A program made the translations under genes and the position numbers. The notes under the pieces are model-generated. The model did no database searches, was not told where the DNA came from, and saw nothing but the letters and a program-made list of their open reading frames with translations. A stretch of 64,000 bases of DNA from the human T2T-CHM13v2.0 reference genome, Homo sapiens: the NCBI RefSeq assembly GCF_009914755.1, contig NC_060946.1. One strand, given 5' to 3'. Of the stretch, positions 31,233 through 53,508 are shown piece after piece; within the stretch, counting starts at the first letter, position 1; every line of letters begins with the position of its first letter.

Positions 31233-31809
31233 CTAGGGAAGGAAAAAAACCCGCTCAGAAAAAGAACGGGGAGGAAAGCCCTTTCTAGCACCCAGCAGCA
31301 CTTCTGAAAGGCACCCAAACAGATCTGAGAAGAACCTGTCTCATTTAGTTCTTGCCACACAAGAGACCAGAAATGCCACAGATGTGGGTTCTGACCACTT
31401 GCCACCGCTACCCCGTCAGGTTCAGTTTGGATTTCCCAAGCCCCCACTTGGAAGCCATAGGGTTCATGTGTGCTCCCTGTCACTGTCGCAGAAACTGGTC
31501 TTTTACTTTCTATTTTCATTCCTGCTAAGAGTTAGCTGCTTAACATTTATACTAACCCTAACAATGCAGCCTTTACTTGGAAGGTTTTTGGAATTCTCTC
31601 TGGAAATCACAGCAAGGAACCAATTTGATTCCGTCACATTTTACATGCAACTTTGAGCAGCATCATCTAATCAATCAGCTATTTTATTTACTCTCCTGGT
31701 TCCAAAGGACTCTTTCCAAAAGCTGAATTCACCCTCAACAAACAAGAATGCATCAAAGTTGGGATATGGTGCAGGGCTGCAGGTGGCTGAGGAGGACAGC
31801 ACTCCTTCA

Positions 31810-32400
<591 letters not shown>

Positions 32401-33090
32401 TCAACACCATCCTCGGGTCACTCATGTCCCTTGAAAACCTATGTCAGAAAGAACAAAAAAATGAAGATGGGATTCTGATAGGGCAATCTTTAAATAGAAA
32501 AGAGAAATCCAAAGAAAATATAATCCCAACACTTATTTTTAATCATTCGCTTTTACAGAGTCTTCCCGTTGCCCAGACTGGAGTACAGTGGCATGATCAC
32601 GGCTCACTGCAGCCTTGACCCACTGGGCTCAAGGGATCCTCTCGCCTCAGCTTCCTAAATTTAATGCTAGGATTATTAGGCGTGAGCCACCGAGTCCAGC
32701 CTAATCCCAACACTTTAAAACAACCAATTAATAGTTCCCCTTTTTTCTCTATTCTCATATTTGTCTTGTAGCTACAAATGAACTATATGCCATTTTACAT
32801 CATCTCGTTCTTTTTTGCTTGACATATCATAAATATTTTTATGGATTACAATAGTCTTTATAACCATCTTTTAAGATTTTATTATAGCAAAAAGTTAAAA
32901 ACAAAATAACCTCAATCACTACAGACAATATAAAAATGTTTCAAAAGTTTCTTGTCTCCAACTTACTTAGTCCTATTCCTGTCCTGCATAATTTCCAGAA
33001 GGCTTTTATAAATCTATAGTATACACACCTTTCTAATGTTAACACACACATAGAATCATGTTGACTTTGTTTTCCATCTTACTTTTTTAG

Positions 33091-33444
<354 letters not shown>

Positions 33445-34087
33445 TAAACATCATTTCTGGCTACATACTATTCTGAGTGAATAATTCACTAATATTGTTC
33501 TCTATATTTTGGACAGTTAGGTTTTTCCACAATTTTGCTATGAAAAATAATGCTACAAGGAACCTCTTCAGGAATACTGATTTTTTTCCCATATTATGGG
33601 TATTTCCTTGAGCTAGATTCTTAAAAATAGGAGTAATAAATCAGAGAGAGCAAATGTAATTACATAAACACCAACTGACAAACTGCTGTTCAAAAACATG
33701 TCCACTGGCAACGTACTTTACCCTTACAATATTGATTTTCACAACTGTTAATTATCAAACTTTTTTATAATTTAAAGGTAAAAAAATTATCTCTTTTCTA
33801 TCTGCATTTCCTGGATTTATAAAGCTGAATGCTGTTTTTAAAAATCATTCCATTTCTCATTTTATAAACTGCCTGTTAACATACAAGATGTTCTTCAATC
33901 GTCAAAAAAACCTAACCTAACTTGTTTGCTATTTTTCTTTTGTTGGTGCCAACTAGGTCAAGTCATTCTTACTGACACACCTACTCTACGCACAGAGCTC
34001 CCTTTATAGAGCAACCAGAAACAGAAATGGCGCTACAGGCCAGGTGTGGTGGCTCACGCCTGTAATCCCAGCACTTTGGGAGGCTCA

Positions 34088-34315
<228 letters not shown>

Positions 34316-36907
34316 CTAAAAAAAAAAAAAAAGAAGAAGAAGAAAGAAAGAAGAGAAGAGAATAGAAAAGGCACTCCAGTACCTAGTTTTTAGCTAAGGT
34401 GACAGAGCAAGCAACCAGCCTAGAAAGCAAACTCTATAACAGCAGCATTTTTGCAAGTGCAAATCAATTCTAGGTAAGTTCTAAATAAATAAACAGAATT
34501 AAACAAAGGCAGTTTCTTCAAAGAGAATTTTGAGCCAGACAATGAAAGTGTTAAATACATCCTGTAACAAAACTCTTTGCACCCCCCAGTCACCCCCAGA
34601 CTAGATGAGTGGTTCCTGCCTGCCTACCTGGTTCAATGAGAAGACAATTAGACAGGCAGCCCCAGGACAGTCTACAGGGAGCCTTGCACTAAGAGATAGG
34701 CCCACACCAGAGGAACCTGACCCACAGGGGTGGGGAAGATTGGCCATCACAGGTCTCCGAGGCCAATTTAAGGAGTTTGAAAATGGAAAGTGGTATCATC
34801 AGACCTGAACTATAGAAAAAAATTTGGCTGCAGAGAAAAGACTGCATTGGGTGGACTGAAGGGAGTTAACTGAAAGAAGACCAGGTGGGACCAAATGCAA
34901 CCCAAGACAGAGAAGATGGAGCATTTACCTGGGAGAGTGGTGGTAAGAATGGAGATCAGGGGGCATTATCAGAGACAGAACAGTCATGACTTGGTAACCA
35001 TCCAGATACAGGGGTGGAGGGAAGAGGGAGCCACACGGACTCCCATGCTTTTTTATTTTGGTCTGGGAACCCGGGAGGGTGGATGCGGGTATGAGTCACT
35101 GAACCAAAGGGCACAGTAGGAGCGGGCAGCGAGAGGTCATTGGAGGATACAAGGTTAAGTCCCACTTTGGACCTGGGAGACAGGCAAGTGGAGACATCAG
35201 CACTGGACAGGTCCTGGAGATGAAAATTTTGGAAGGTCTCGCCTCTCAGAGAACCAGGAAGAACAATACTACTTAATAATGGACCACACAAGACCTGCCA
35301 GCAAAAGACAGTGCAAGGAGGAAAACCAAGAGCGTGTGGGGTCCAGGAAGCTGAGGTATGTCTCGGGTCCAGTAAAACAGGGACTGGAGTGGCTGTAATG
35401 ATCCCATCTTCTTTCCACTGAACAGGCAAGACCCCCGGGAGAGGCAATCTTCCAGCTCCTCCTCCATGTTAGCTTGTACACGAGCCCTCCAAGCTTGGAC
35501 AATGACAGCTACAGAGCCAAGCAGGAGGAGGGCAGGGACCCTGGAAAAACAGGAGGAAGCAACTCGAGCCAACAAGATATCACACCTGAACACCAAAAAA
35601 CAGCTGCCAAGAGAAAACTGACCAAGCCCCACACGCCACACAGGAAATGCCTGGACAAATGGTGCCTCTAACCCTTGGCTTCACAGGCTTATGCTGTTGC
35701 ACCCAGACCTGTCACTGTCCCAAGCACTCAGCCAGACATGTAACAAAGGCATTTTTATGTATTCTTTTTGGCAGCCCTTTGAGGAAGTGTCAGCATCTCC
35801 AAATGGCCTTGCCTGGCAAAATGTGCCGGTTTATACAAGGTGTTCAATATACAGGCACTAAATTACCTGACTGGACAAATAAGGCATCAACCTCAAAAAG
35901 AACTCAGCAAGGGTCACCCAGTTCACAAGTGCTGGATTCAGGATTCAGTCTCAAATTCAGCTGGCAACTCGGCAGCACCTCAGAGAAAACAGGGGACCCC
36001 AGGACTGCTTCCCCCACCTCCTGCCAGCTCCCAGCTGTGAGTTCCATTTCTTCTCTCTCCTCAATACACTCATGTACCCTCAAGGATCCCTGGAGCCCCT
36101 CCCTATTCCCCAAGAAATCTCACTAGAATGGGGGTCCTAACCTAGGCCCACAGATAGATTTCAGGATGGCCATAAATCCCCTTTAAACACTACAAGCATT
36201 TTTCCTGGGAAAAGTAACCATAGCACTTTTCGGATTTCATTTTCTTATTCTTCTCAAGGAGAATCACTACCTGGGCTTAAAGGGAGGAGGGGATGTGATT
36301 TGCCCTTTACCCCCATACCTGACACAGTGCTTAGACTCACAGGTGATTGACAAAGGCTGACTGGATGCTGAATGACCCAAAGGATAAATGGTTAGGGAGA
36401 AATAGACACTTCCCGACCACCCTATCCCTTTCTGAAGGAAAAGAGTGGCTCTTAGAAAGTAAGTCCCTTAAGGACTGGGTGATTCCAACACTTTTTTGTG
36501 GCGTGATCTTGGCTCACCGCAACCTCCATCACCTGGGCTCAAGCGATCCTCCCACCTCAGCCTCCCAAGTAGCTGGGACTATAGGTGCGCACCACCAAAC
36601 CCACCTAATTTTTGTATTTGGCAGAGATGCGGTTTCCCCAGGTTAGTCTTGTCTCAAAGCTGGTCTTGAACTCCCAACCTCAGGCAATCTGCCCATCTCG
36701 GCCTCCCAAAGTGCTGGGATTACAGGCGTGAGCCACCGCGCCCAGCCAACAATTTTTTTAAGAAACAGTGTTTCTTTAAGAAACTTGGCTGGGCACAGTA
36801 GCTCACGCCTGTAATCCCAGCACTTTGGCAGGCCGAGGTGGGCAGATCGCCTGAGGTTGGGAGTTCGAGACCAGCCTGACCAACACGGAGAAACCCTGTC
36901 TCTATTA

Positions 36908-37066
<159 letters not shown>

Positions 37067-37226
37067 TCAAAAAATAAATAAATAAAAACAAAAAATAAAT
37101 AAATAAATTTTTAAAAGGCCTAGATTTTAAGTGATATTAAGGAATTACTAATGTTGTTAGGTATGATACTGGCATCGTGGTTATGTTCAGAATGTCCTTA
37201 TTTTCTTTTTTTTTTTTTTTGGTTGA

Positions 37227-37376
<150 letters not shown>

Positions 37377-37854
37377 TAATTTTTTTTTTTTTTCTTTTGT
37401 AGAGACAGGGTCTCCCTATGTTGCCCAGGCTGGTCTGGAACTCCTGGGCTCAAGTAATCCTTCCAACTCCCAAAGTGCTCAGATTACAGGTGTGAGCCAT
37501 GGCACCCAGCCAGAATGTCCTTATTTTTCTTAGAGGTACACACAGAAGAATTTAAGTTTGAAATGACAAGAAATCAGAGATTTACTTTAAAATCTTAGAG
37601 CCACAAAAAAAGGAGGAGGGAGATAAGCAAAGCAGGTGTTGAAAAATGTTAATCATTGCTCAATCTGGGAGATGGGCACAGGGGTTCATATTATTCCCCA
37701 TTTTTGAATTTTTGAAAACTTACATAGTTAAAAAACAGCTCATTTGTACAATGGTTGCAAAATTTACCATACATAGTTTTAACGGTCATTGCCTAAACAG
37801 TCACAAGATTTGCTTTCCTTTTTTTTTTTTTTTTGTTTGGTTGGTTTTTTTTGA

Positions 37855-38112
<258 letters not shown>

Positions 38113-38352
38113 TGACCCACCGCGCCCGGCCCAAGATCTGCTTTCTTAAAAATAAGAATCCATAGCCCCTGCTACTTAGAACAGCAAAGTTTTCAGGAAA
38201 ATTGAGCAATATCCATAAGGCTCCCTCACCCATCACTCCAACCCCTCCCCAACCTTCAGGATGTACACAGAGAACCAGGCACCCAGTACCATAAAAAGTG
38301 AAGGTGTACATCAATTATAACAAATGTACCACACTAATGCAAGATGGTAATA

Positions 38353-39850
<1,498 letters not shown>

Positions 39851-40593
39851 TTTTTTTTTTTTTTTTGATAAGAGTCAGGATCTGTTGCCCGGGCTGGAGT
39901 GCAATGGCCCGATCTCCGCTCACCGCAACCTCCCTCCCAGGTTCAAGGGCTTCTCCTGCCTCAGCCTCCCGAGTAGCTGGGATTACAAGTAATAGATCCA
40001 TTACACAGATGGGGAAACTGAGCTTGGAAAGCTATGTAAATTGCCTTAAGTGAAGCCGCTAACAGACTGCACAGGATTCAATTCTAAAGCTCGTGCTCAA
40101 ACTCTGTCATCCTGCATTCTTCTTTTTCTGCTCTACCGGAAGAGTCACTTGGAGACATTTCGGGACTCTGCAGAGATGCTAGAGCCAATACAACAGTTAT
40201 AAATAAGGGCGATATTTCCTTATATTTATATCCTGACAGTTTGTAAGTCCTTTTATCAACATATTCTAATTTCAAACTTCCACCTTGGTCACGTCTAGCT
40301 ATGTGACACTGGCCAAGTCACTCAGCTGCTTTGAACCTTAGCTGCTCCATATTTAAAAATCATAAAAATAATACAGCTGTTAAGAGCTTAGACTCTGGCA
40401 CCAGACTACCTGAGTTCCAGATTCTGCCACTTACCAGCTGTGTGCCCTTGGGTAAGCTGCTTAACCTCTCTGTGCCTCTGCTCCATCTATAAAATGGGAA
40501 GACTAATAATAGTACTTTCCTCGGAGTTGTTATAAAGATTATACGAATAACTGTGAAGTACTTAGAATAGTGCCTGGCACAAAGTAAGCACTA

Positions 40594-40933
<340 letters not shown>

Positions 40934-41149
40934 TTAATGTAAAATATTACTTGTGCGTTTAGAAGACAAAGTGATTCCTTTTTCCAGAAAAGGCAAAACG
41001 GCCCAAGGGAGCGTGAGAGCCGTGGATCTGACCAACCTGGTTTAGTGTCCTGTGCCGTCTCCCAGCTGCAGGACCTGAGAAAACGTACTTGAAAACTCGT
41101 CAAGCTTCGGCTTCCTGACCACACAAGGTCACACCTTCTCAGAAGTTGC

Positions 41150-42400
<1,251 letters not shown>

Positions 42401-42811
42401 AGAGGCACGAATGTAGTACAAGGTACAAAATGACTACTCCAGAGAGGGCCAGATGACTAAGTCAGCAAACACTTAGGGAACACGACTGTGTCCGCTGCGC
42501 GTTTCCCGGAGTAGACACAAGGGTGAATGAACAAAGAATGGATTTCGGTCACTGAAAGTGGAGAGGTAGCCGACTCCGTCCGTGGAGGCCCTTAGCAGAG
42601 CTGGATCTGGTAGTCCCCCGGTCATGAGGGGAGATTCTGCTGGAGGAAAGAGGTCTCCATTCCCACCGTTTGAAATGTGTAGGATGCCCTCAGATTCTTT
42701 GGCCCATTCATAGGTATAGCTATGCTAAAAACGCGGGACCCTACAATGTACTTAGCACTAGCAGAGAGGGAGTCGAGGATATGGACAGAGACTGCACTAG
42801 CTCACACATTA

Positions 42812-43021
<210 letters not shown>

Positions 43022-43032
43022 TCAGGGGTTCA

Positions 43033-43298
<266 letters not shown>

Positions 43299-43550
43299 TC
43301 AGCTTTGAAGGGCAAGATCTTAATTCAGTTCAACTACAGCTAATCAGAATTTGGAAGACTAATTCAAGTCAGTCAAACTCACAATAGCCCGACACTTAAA
43401 CCCTGCCAGGGGACATAGCTCTCTAGGATTGCAATGTTCCTAATCCCTTCCTTCTATTAAACTACCTAGAAACTGATTTAGTCATTAGAAATTTCTTGGT
43501 ATGATGGCTTTTAAACATGCCCACAGTTTTTTTTGACAATCGGCTCCTCA

Positions 43551-44139
<589 letters not shown>

Positions 44140-44484
44140 CTATGTCTCCAAAAAAAAAAAAAGCTGGAGTTGGGTGGGTATGGTGGTTCATGCCTGTAAT
44201 CCCAACACTTGGGAAGCCGAGGCAGGTGGATCACTTGAGTCCAGGAATGCCAGACCAGCCTGGGCAACGTGACAAAACCTTGTCTCCACAAAATATATAT
44301 ATAAAAAAAAAATTAGCCAGGCATAGTGACACACACCTGTAGTCCCAGCTATTCTAGGAGGCTAAGGTGGGAGGATCGCTTGAGCTCAGGAGGCAGAGGT
44401 TGCAGTGAGCCAAGATTGTGCCACTACAGCCTGAGCAACAGAGTGAGACTCTGTCTCAAAAAAAAAAAAAGAAAAAAAAAAAAC

Positions 44485-44950
44485 CTGGAGTCTAATTCTA
44501 ATTCCCCTCCCATTGAGTGTGGGCTGGACTTCACTGACTTTTTAATAAATAACATGGGACAGAAGTGAGTGTAGTTGATTTCCAAGGCTAGGTCATAAAA
44601 GATACTGTGACTTCCACCTTGCCCTCATTTAGATAACTCATTCTAGGAAAGCTAGACGCATAGTAGAGTTGTCATGTGGTGAGGCCATTCAAGCAGCCCT
44701 ATAGAAAGGCCCACATGGTGAGGATCTGAGGCATCCTACCAGTAGTCAGGAGAGAGAATCTTCTTGGAGGTGGAGCTTCCATTCCTGGCGGAACCCTTGA
44801 CCAAAACCTCATGAACCACCCTGAGGCAAAACCACCCAGCTAAGTCACTCCTGAATTCCTAACCCTCAGAAACAGGGAGATACTGAAGGTTTGTTGTTTT
44901 AAGTCATTACACTTTGGGATAATTCGTTATACAGCAAAAGATAACTAATA
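44485..44950 (+). mobile_element. MLT1-family (MaLR) solo LTR
   Basis: CCCCTCCCATTGAGTGTGGGCTGGAC...GGCTAGGTCATAAAAG...TTTGGGATAATTCGTTATACAGCAAAAGATAACTAATA. Confidence 0.7.
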
Positions 44951-46507
44951 TTCTTGGTGATCAGGACTGTGTCATACTTAGTGTTATTAATCTTCAGGAG
45001 TTTCAGCCTAAGTCAGCAGTGTTCCCCACATGGGCCTGCCTTGCTTTCATTCTTCCTCCATTGTGGACTGAATGCCATAAGACCATTCCAGCCCATCCAA
45101 AGCAGGAACCAGAAATGGGCTGGGTTTTGCTGTTGTTTTAGTTGGTTTGGTTTGTTTGTCTGTTTGTTTCGGGGAAAGATGACAGAAGGTGCACTGTGGG
45201 AGATTCCAACATGATTATTGAATCAAAGACTGTGTGTGTATGTGATAAGTCTTTATTAGATTCTCTGGGTTCATAAGCCAGTAAAAGGTAAGAACCATCC
45301 TCTAAGGAGAAATCTCACAGCTAAGGCTTGCCATGTTAAAGAGTTTGCACTTCCAGGAACAAGGGCACTCACGTCTACCCTGTACTATTCTAGGTGTCTT
45401 CCCATCCTGCCGGATGCACGGAGCACATATTCTGCCACCCCTAGCTCTATCCTTTGGGCAGTGCTGAATAAACACTAACAAACTCAGGCTCTGTGGCTGA
45501 CATTGTAAGCAGAACCCCTGCCCTGCTGTTGCTTAACGCATCTTTATTTTGATTCCCAGTCATGTTACGACACAATCACATTAAGATGTTCTTTCGTATT
45601 CAGGTTCAGAATATTTGCTCTGCTCACTTGATTGAATTTGGAGACTTCCCAAATCTTTATATGAGCACGTCTTCTGAGTTTATCCAGATTATGTTTTGTA
45701 CCGTCTGTTGTACAAATGGACCGTGGATGTTAATTAGAAGGGCCTCGCCAGTCTTCAATCACATGTTACTCGTGGGGTTTGTTAAATCAGCTTTTGTCTC
45801 AGAGAGGGCTTCGGTGCTTGGATTACACTATATTTGGAATTTGTAGCCTTCTATGCGCTGACTTGCCCCACCTTGCTACCTGGCTTCAGAGGTCCAGGAT
45901 TCTCTAACTTGAGCATCCATCAGAATCACCTGGAGGTCTCCTAAAAACCCAGATTGATGGCGCTCCCTTTGGAGTTTGGATGTGCATATCTGATCAGCTC
46001 CCCAGGATGCTCATGCTGCTGACCCACTTTAGGAAGCTCTCCTTTAGGAGTTAGCATGTCTCTGAGCAGACGCTGGACCAGTATGTTCTGGAGACCATAC
46101 ACTTCCCATCCCAGAACAGATGCTGCTCCCTGTTCTCTATCCCCAGCCCCCAGCCACACCTATATGACCACAGTTCTGTTCAACTGGTGCCCCAGCACTG
46201 ATATCTGTGGGCCCTGCTCATCTCAAGTGAGCCACATTTTTCTCCCAGGCCTGCCTTGCTTTCGGTCATCCTCAGTTGTGGCCCAAACCCCATAAAACAG
46301 CAGCCATTCCTGGCAGGAATCCGAGGTGAGCCAGTTCTTTTCAGGAAAGGTAGCAGAACAGAAGATACACTGTGGGAAGTTCCGGCCTCACACGTGTACA
46401 AGCTCGATGCCCTGGACTCTAAGCTGCTTGAGGGCAGTGTCTCTCTGATTCACCTGTCTCCCTCACAGTCCTGTCATGCAGGATGCCTTGCACATGATGG
46501 GTGCTCA

Positions 46508-46912
<405 letters not shown>

Positions 46913-47793
46913 CTAACACCCACACACATTTTCTATTAGTTAGGATTAGGTTTGGCTGTAAGACACAGAAACCTCCAAAGAGCAGTGGCTTAGATAAGAA
47001 AGAAATGTGTTTCTCTCACATAAACGAAGTAGTTGGGAGAGAACAACACAGCCTTGGTATTGTGGTTCCACAAACTTGTTAGGTACCCAGGCTCCTATTT
47101 TGCTCCCTCACGGCCTTCACTGCACAGCTGCCACTTCATGGTCTAAGATAGCTGCTCAGGCTCCAGCCCTTATGTTCACATTCCAGCCACCAGGAAAGAG
47201 ACAAAAAGGGGTATCCCATTTCCCTACAGGTGCACTTCCAAGGAGTCTCTTATACCACTTCTGCTTACACCTCATTGGCCAAAACTTAACCACATGGTCA
47301 TGCCTAGCAGCAAAGAAGGCTAGAAAATATAGCCTTATGACTGGCTAAAAGTCATGGTTGCTTTTCCACATGAGAAGGAATAAAGGATAAAAGGAGGGAA
47401 ACTGGCATATCCTACCTCACACCAGTAGGAGGCAGACGAAAGAAAAGAGAAGTTGGTTCCCAGTACAGGAATGGCAGGGAAGCTGTGGCTGGAAGAACAG
47501 GGGTGGAGGATGGCCAACAGGCCACAGAGAGATGGGCAGGTCCCCCTGGCTGGGGTCAGGAAGGGCTTGCAGGAGGGTTTACTGCTCACTGTCTCTCTCT
47601 CTTTCTATCTCTCTCCATCTCTCTCATCACACACATACACACTCAGTCTTGCTGAGGGAGAATTCTGAGAAGGTGGAGTTCTCTGTAGGGAAGGGATACA
47701 TATTTCCTACTAGTCATGTTTCCCTGAAAATGGGACTTCTGTTAATAATACTCCTGGCCTCTCTCTACCTGGGGAAGAGGAAACGTGAGTTAC

Positions 47794-47829
47794 CTGAGAG
47801 AAGCTGGGAAGAAAGAACCAAGCATACAT
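47794..47829 (-). CDS. HDHD5: HDHD5 distal alternative first coding exon (MYAWFFLPSFSQ); gives a 393-aa isoform when spliced to exon 2
   Basis: ATG TAT GCT TGG TTC TTT CTT CCC AGC TTC TCT CAG|gtaact. Phase 0, so compatible with exon 2. Matches my recollection of the annotated alternative N-terminus. Confidence 0.8.
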
Positions 47830-48301
47830 GATTTAGTCCCCTCTCCTCTTTAGGAGCCAGCTGGTCCACCAGAAGTCTGTGTTCTGCCTGTCCCTGCAGC
47901 ACGGAGGGCTGGGCTTTATACCTGTGCCAAGGACACCAACGGCAGCATCAGCAAGTCCGTGTTGTCTCCCAAATAAGTGGTGTTCTCCAACAAGCTTTTA
48001 GCAGTAATAAAGCTGACATTTTTATTCTCATATGTCCCTTGTCTCTTTTTCAATGATTTAGATTTAAGCAGGAAAGCCTGGGTTCCTTTTGTGTGTGTGT
48101 GACAGGGTCTCTGTCGCTCAGGATGGAGTGCAGTGGCGCGATCAAAGTTCACTGCAGCCTTGACCTCAAGCAATCCTCCCACCTCAGCCTCCAAGTAGCT
48201 GGGATCACAGGCTTGCATCACCATGCCCAGCGAATTTTTTTTTTCTAGACACGGTCTCACTATGTCACTCAGGCTGGTCTAGAACTCCTGGCCTCAAGTA
48301 A

Positions 48302-48754
<453 letters not shown>

Positions 48755-49744
48755 TGAGTAGCTGGGACTACAGGCACACGCCACTGTGCCAGGCTAATAT
48801 TTTTTGGAAATGGGGTCTCCTTATGTTGCCCAGGCTGGTCTCAACTCCTGGCCTTAAACAATCCTCCCGCCTTGGCCTCCGAAAGTGATTTATTCCTAAA
48901 ACTCCAACAGCCTCTTTCCCCACCAGCCCCATACTAGAGACCCCTACTGCACCTTCCCATCCCCCGCAGATGAGCAGAATAACTGGCGCCTCTGTTGTAA
49001 TGAGAGTTCAGGTGCCCATGCCATCTCGGGACCGTTCCTCCCTGACTCCCCAGGTCCCTTCTGAAGGCAAGAACCACAGGGAGAACAGAGAATGCTAAAA
49101 GGTGAGCTCATTCCCTCTGTGGCATCAATACCTGACACTTGGTCCTATCCTGAACATAAACTCTGCACGTGGCAAGGAAGGCAAAGGCAAGGGGCACTAT
49201 GAGAATGACAAGGCGAAGCGACAGGCAGAGACAGGCCCGAGGGCTCCAGTGGCAAGCTTACACACTGCACGGATTTTGGGACAAGTTCTTTCATGTTATC
49301 AAGCCCACCTGTCTCTCCTGCTTAGAAAAAGTCAGGTGCAGGACATGGCCATGTTAATTCTGGGCTGAGGGTAACAAGATTTTGACTCCCAAACTCTCAG
49401 GCCCCTTTATGGCTGTGCCCAGGCATTGGGAAAAAGAGGTGATGAATGAGGTGCTTCCAAGGCTTGCCAGAGATATGTGTGCTAGGGCTGCAGTGGACTG
49501 GGGCTGGGGTCCTGGTCAGTAAGCTGGGATGGTGACCCAGTCTGAGATGGAATGTGTGGCCCTGATTCATAGGCAGGTGACATTTATAGAAAAGATTAGG
49601 CACCTCCCAGGCTGAACACTCTGTCACTGAGCCCATCCACCCTCACCCTCGGCCTCAACGCTCCTTGCCATAGCTGGGGGGCAGGGGTGGAAGGGTGACC
49701 TTCCAACATCCTGACCCATGTATAGAAGAAAGTAACTCAGGGAG

Positions 49745-50084
<340 letters not shown>

Positions 50085-51879
50085 TCAGCCCAGTGCTCCT
50101 GATGGGGTGCTCCCATCCCCAGTCCTGCCCAGCTTCTGCCTTTGCCATGTCCCCCTGTTCCCTTCCTGTGTCAGTACCGTCCTCTCCCCGCCCATCGTCA
50201 CTTGCTCCAGGGAACTCTGGCCCAAAAGAGGCCAGCTGGCCCAAAGCGCCTGAAATGCTGGCAAGGGACAGAGCCCTTGGCACGGTCCCTGTGGAGGGTC
50301 AGGCTGGGTCATGGCTCCAAGTGCAGGCAGAGGAGAGAGCACTAGAGATTCAGGCTCTGAGTTGCCCCCAGGGCCAGTTGCGCCAGGCTGGCTCCTTCTG
50401 CCCAGTCCACTATCCACGTTGAAGACAGGCTGGTTTCTTGTGGGAAAGGGGCAATAAAAAGGAGAGGAGAGGAGGGAATAGGAGAAAGGAGAAGCTAGAA
50501 AGAAAGAAAGAAAAGGAAAGGCAAGAGAAGCTTGATCAAGGAAATTTTAAAACCCAACAGAGATGAAGAGGAGGGAGGAAGGAAACATCAGAAACATCAG
50601 TAGACAGAGTTCTTTTTCTTTTCTTTTTCTTTCTTTCTTTTTTTTTTTTTTTTTAGAGACTGGGTCTCCTTCTGTTGCCCAGGCTGGAGTGCAGTCACTC
50701 AGTCTCGACTCACTGCAGCCCCGACCTCCTGGGCTCAAGCAATCCTCCTACCTCAGCCTCCCCACCACACCCAGCTAAATTTTGTATTTTTTGGCAGATA
50801 TGGGGTTTCGACGTGTTGCCCAAGCTGGTCTCAAACTCCTGAGCACAAGCAATCCACCCGCCTTGGCTTCCCAAAGTGCTGGGATTACAAGAGTATGAAC
50901 CACTGCACCCAGTCTGACAGAGTTCTTTTTTTGTTTGTTTTGTGTTTTGTTTTGTTCTGTTTTTTTTTTGAGACGGAGTCTCACTCTGTTGCCCAGGCTG
51001 GAGTGCAATGGCACAATCTCGCCTCAGAGCAACCTCCGCCTCCCGGGTTCAAGTGATTCTCCCCCTTCAGCCTCTGGAGTAGCTGGGATTACAGTCTCCC
51101 ACCATCATGCCTGGCTAATTTTTGTAGAGATGGGGTTTCACCAAGTTGGCCAAGCTGGTCTTGAACTCCTAACCTCAGGTGATCCACCTGCTTTGGCCTC
51201 CCAAACTGCTGGGATTACAGGCTGGAGCCAGCGTGCCTGGCCCCTGACAGAGTTCTAAGCATGTGGGAAGCATGCGAAGTCCACGCAAGTCCCTGGGCTG
51301 GGCTGCTAGCCTCCCTGCTTGGTACCTGGTGGCTGTTCCCCAGGAGGGCAGATAGACTCCCTGCTCTCTGCCCTCTTGTCATTGTGAGCTCCCTGGCCCA
51401 TCCCTAGGCTGCACTGCACTTCCCAGTCAGGGCAGTGCCTGGACCCTCCAAATACAGCTCCTGCCACGGCCTCTTCCGAATCCTAGGGGCAAACGGGGCA
51501 TTGATGCACTTAGCTCAGCCCTCACACTCTCCTGCCACCGACCCTGAGAAGGGGCAGCTGGCACCAGAGAGTCTCTGAGCTGAACCTGGGCTCATTCTGC
51601 AAGATCCTTCCTAGGGAGACTGGCATGCAGGCAAGGGGATCAGCTCCTGAAGGCCCCCAGACTCCCATAGGAGGGGAGGGAACTCCAGGGATAGGCAGAG
51701 GGAAGGCTCCTGGGGGAGTCAGTTGCCCTCCAGAGCCCAGGCTTACGGGTGGGCTGAGCAGATGGAGCCACTGCCTGATGCTGTCTCCCCATGCCCTGAC
51801 TCCAAGTGACCCCACTGGCTGCTGCCCCTGTGGCTCCAGCCATGGATGGGTCCCAGCCTTTGACTGGCTGCACTTCATT

Positions 51880-52394
51880 GTATTTGATGGTTACTTTTTG
51901 GAGTCAACTTGACTGGATTGAGGGACACCTAGATAGCTGGTAAAGCAGTGTCTTGTGAGGCTGCTTCCAGAGGAGACTGGCGTATGAGTTGGTAGGCTGA
52001 GTGGGGAAGACGCCCTGTCAATATGGGAGGGTACCATCCAATCAGCTGGGAGCCTCGGTAGGACAAAAAGGCAGAGGAAGGGCAAATTTGCTGTCTCTCT
52101 CCTGGAGCTGGGACAGCCTTCTTCTCCTGCCCTTGGACATCAGAAGTCTAAGGGTCTTGACCTTTAGATGCTGGGACTTGCACCAGCAGCCCCCCAGGTT
52201 CTCAGGCCTTCAGTCTCAGACTGAGTCACACCTTCAGCTCCCCTGGTTCAGAGGCTTTCAGATTTGAACTGAGCCATGCTCCCAGCAGCCCCAGGTCTCC
52301 AGGCGGCCTATCGTAGGACTTCTCAGGCCTCCATAATCACGTGGAGCCAATTCACCTAATAAATCCCTTCTCATCTATCTGTCTGTCTCCTATC

Positions 52395-52454
<60 letters not shown>

Positions 52455-52512
52455 CCTACCTACCTACCTACCTGCATGCTATAGGTTCTGTCTCTCTGGA
52501 GAACCCTAATAC
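51880..52512 (+). mobile_element. MLT2-family (ERVL) solo LTR
   Basis: TGATGGTTA...GTCAACTTGACTGGATTGAGGGA start, AATAAA at ~52358, and GGTTCTGTCTCTCTGGAGAACCCTAATAC end. Confidence 0.8.
52393..52472. repeat. Compound tetranucleotide STR TCTC(TATC)14(TACC)5, probably the forensic marker D22-GATA198B05
   Basis: Counted directly: TATC at 52397-52452 and TACC at 52453-52472. The marker identity rests on recalled motif structure and 22q11.1 location. Confidence 0.85.
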
Positions 52513-52721
52513 GGTTGGGATGCAAATTGGAAGGCACACCACCTGTTAAGTAGTCCTGCTGAAAGAATCAATCCTAAATCTTATCAAGACTTGAGATCCA
52601 GGCGGGGCGCAGTGGCTCAGGCCTGTAATCCCGGCACTTTGGGAGGCTGAGGCAGGCAGATCACTTGAGGTCAGGAGTTCAAGACCAGCCTGGACAACAT
52701 GGTGAGACCCCGTCTCTACTA

Positions 52722-53090
<369 letters not shown>

Positions 53091-53112
53091 TCAGGAGTTC
53101 AAGACCAGCCTA

Positions 53113-53508
<396 letters not shown>

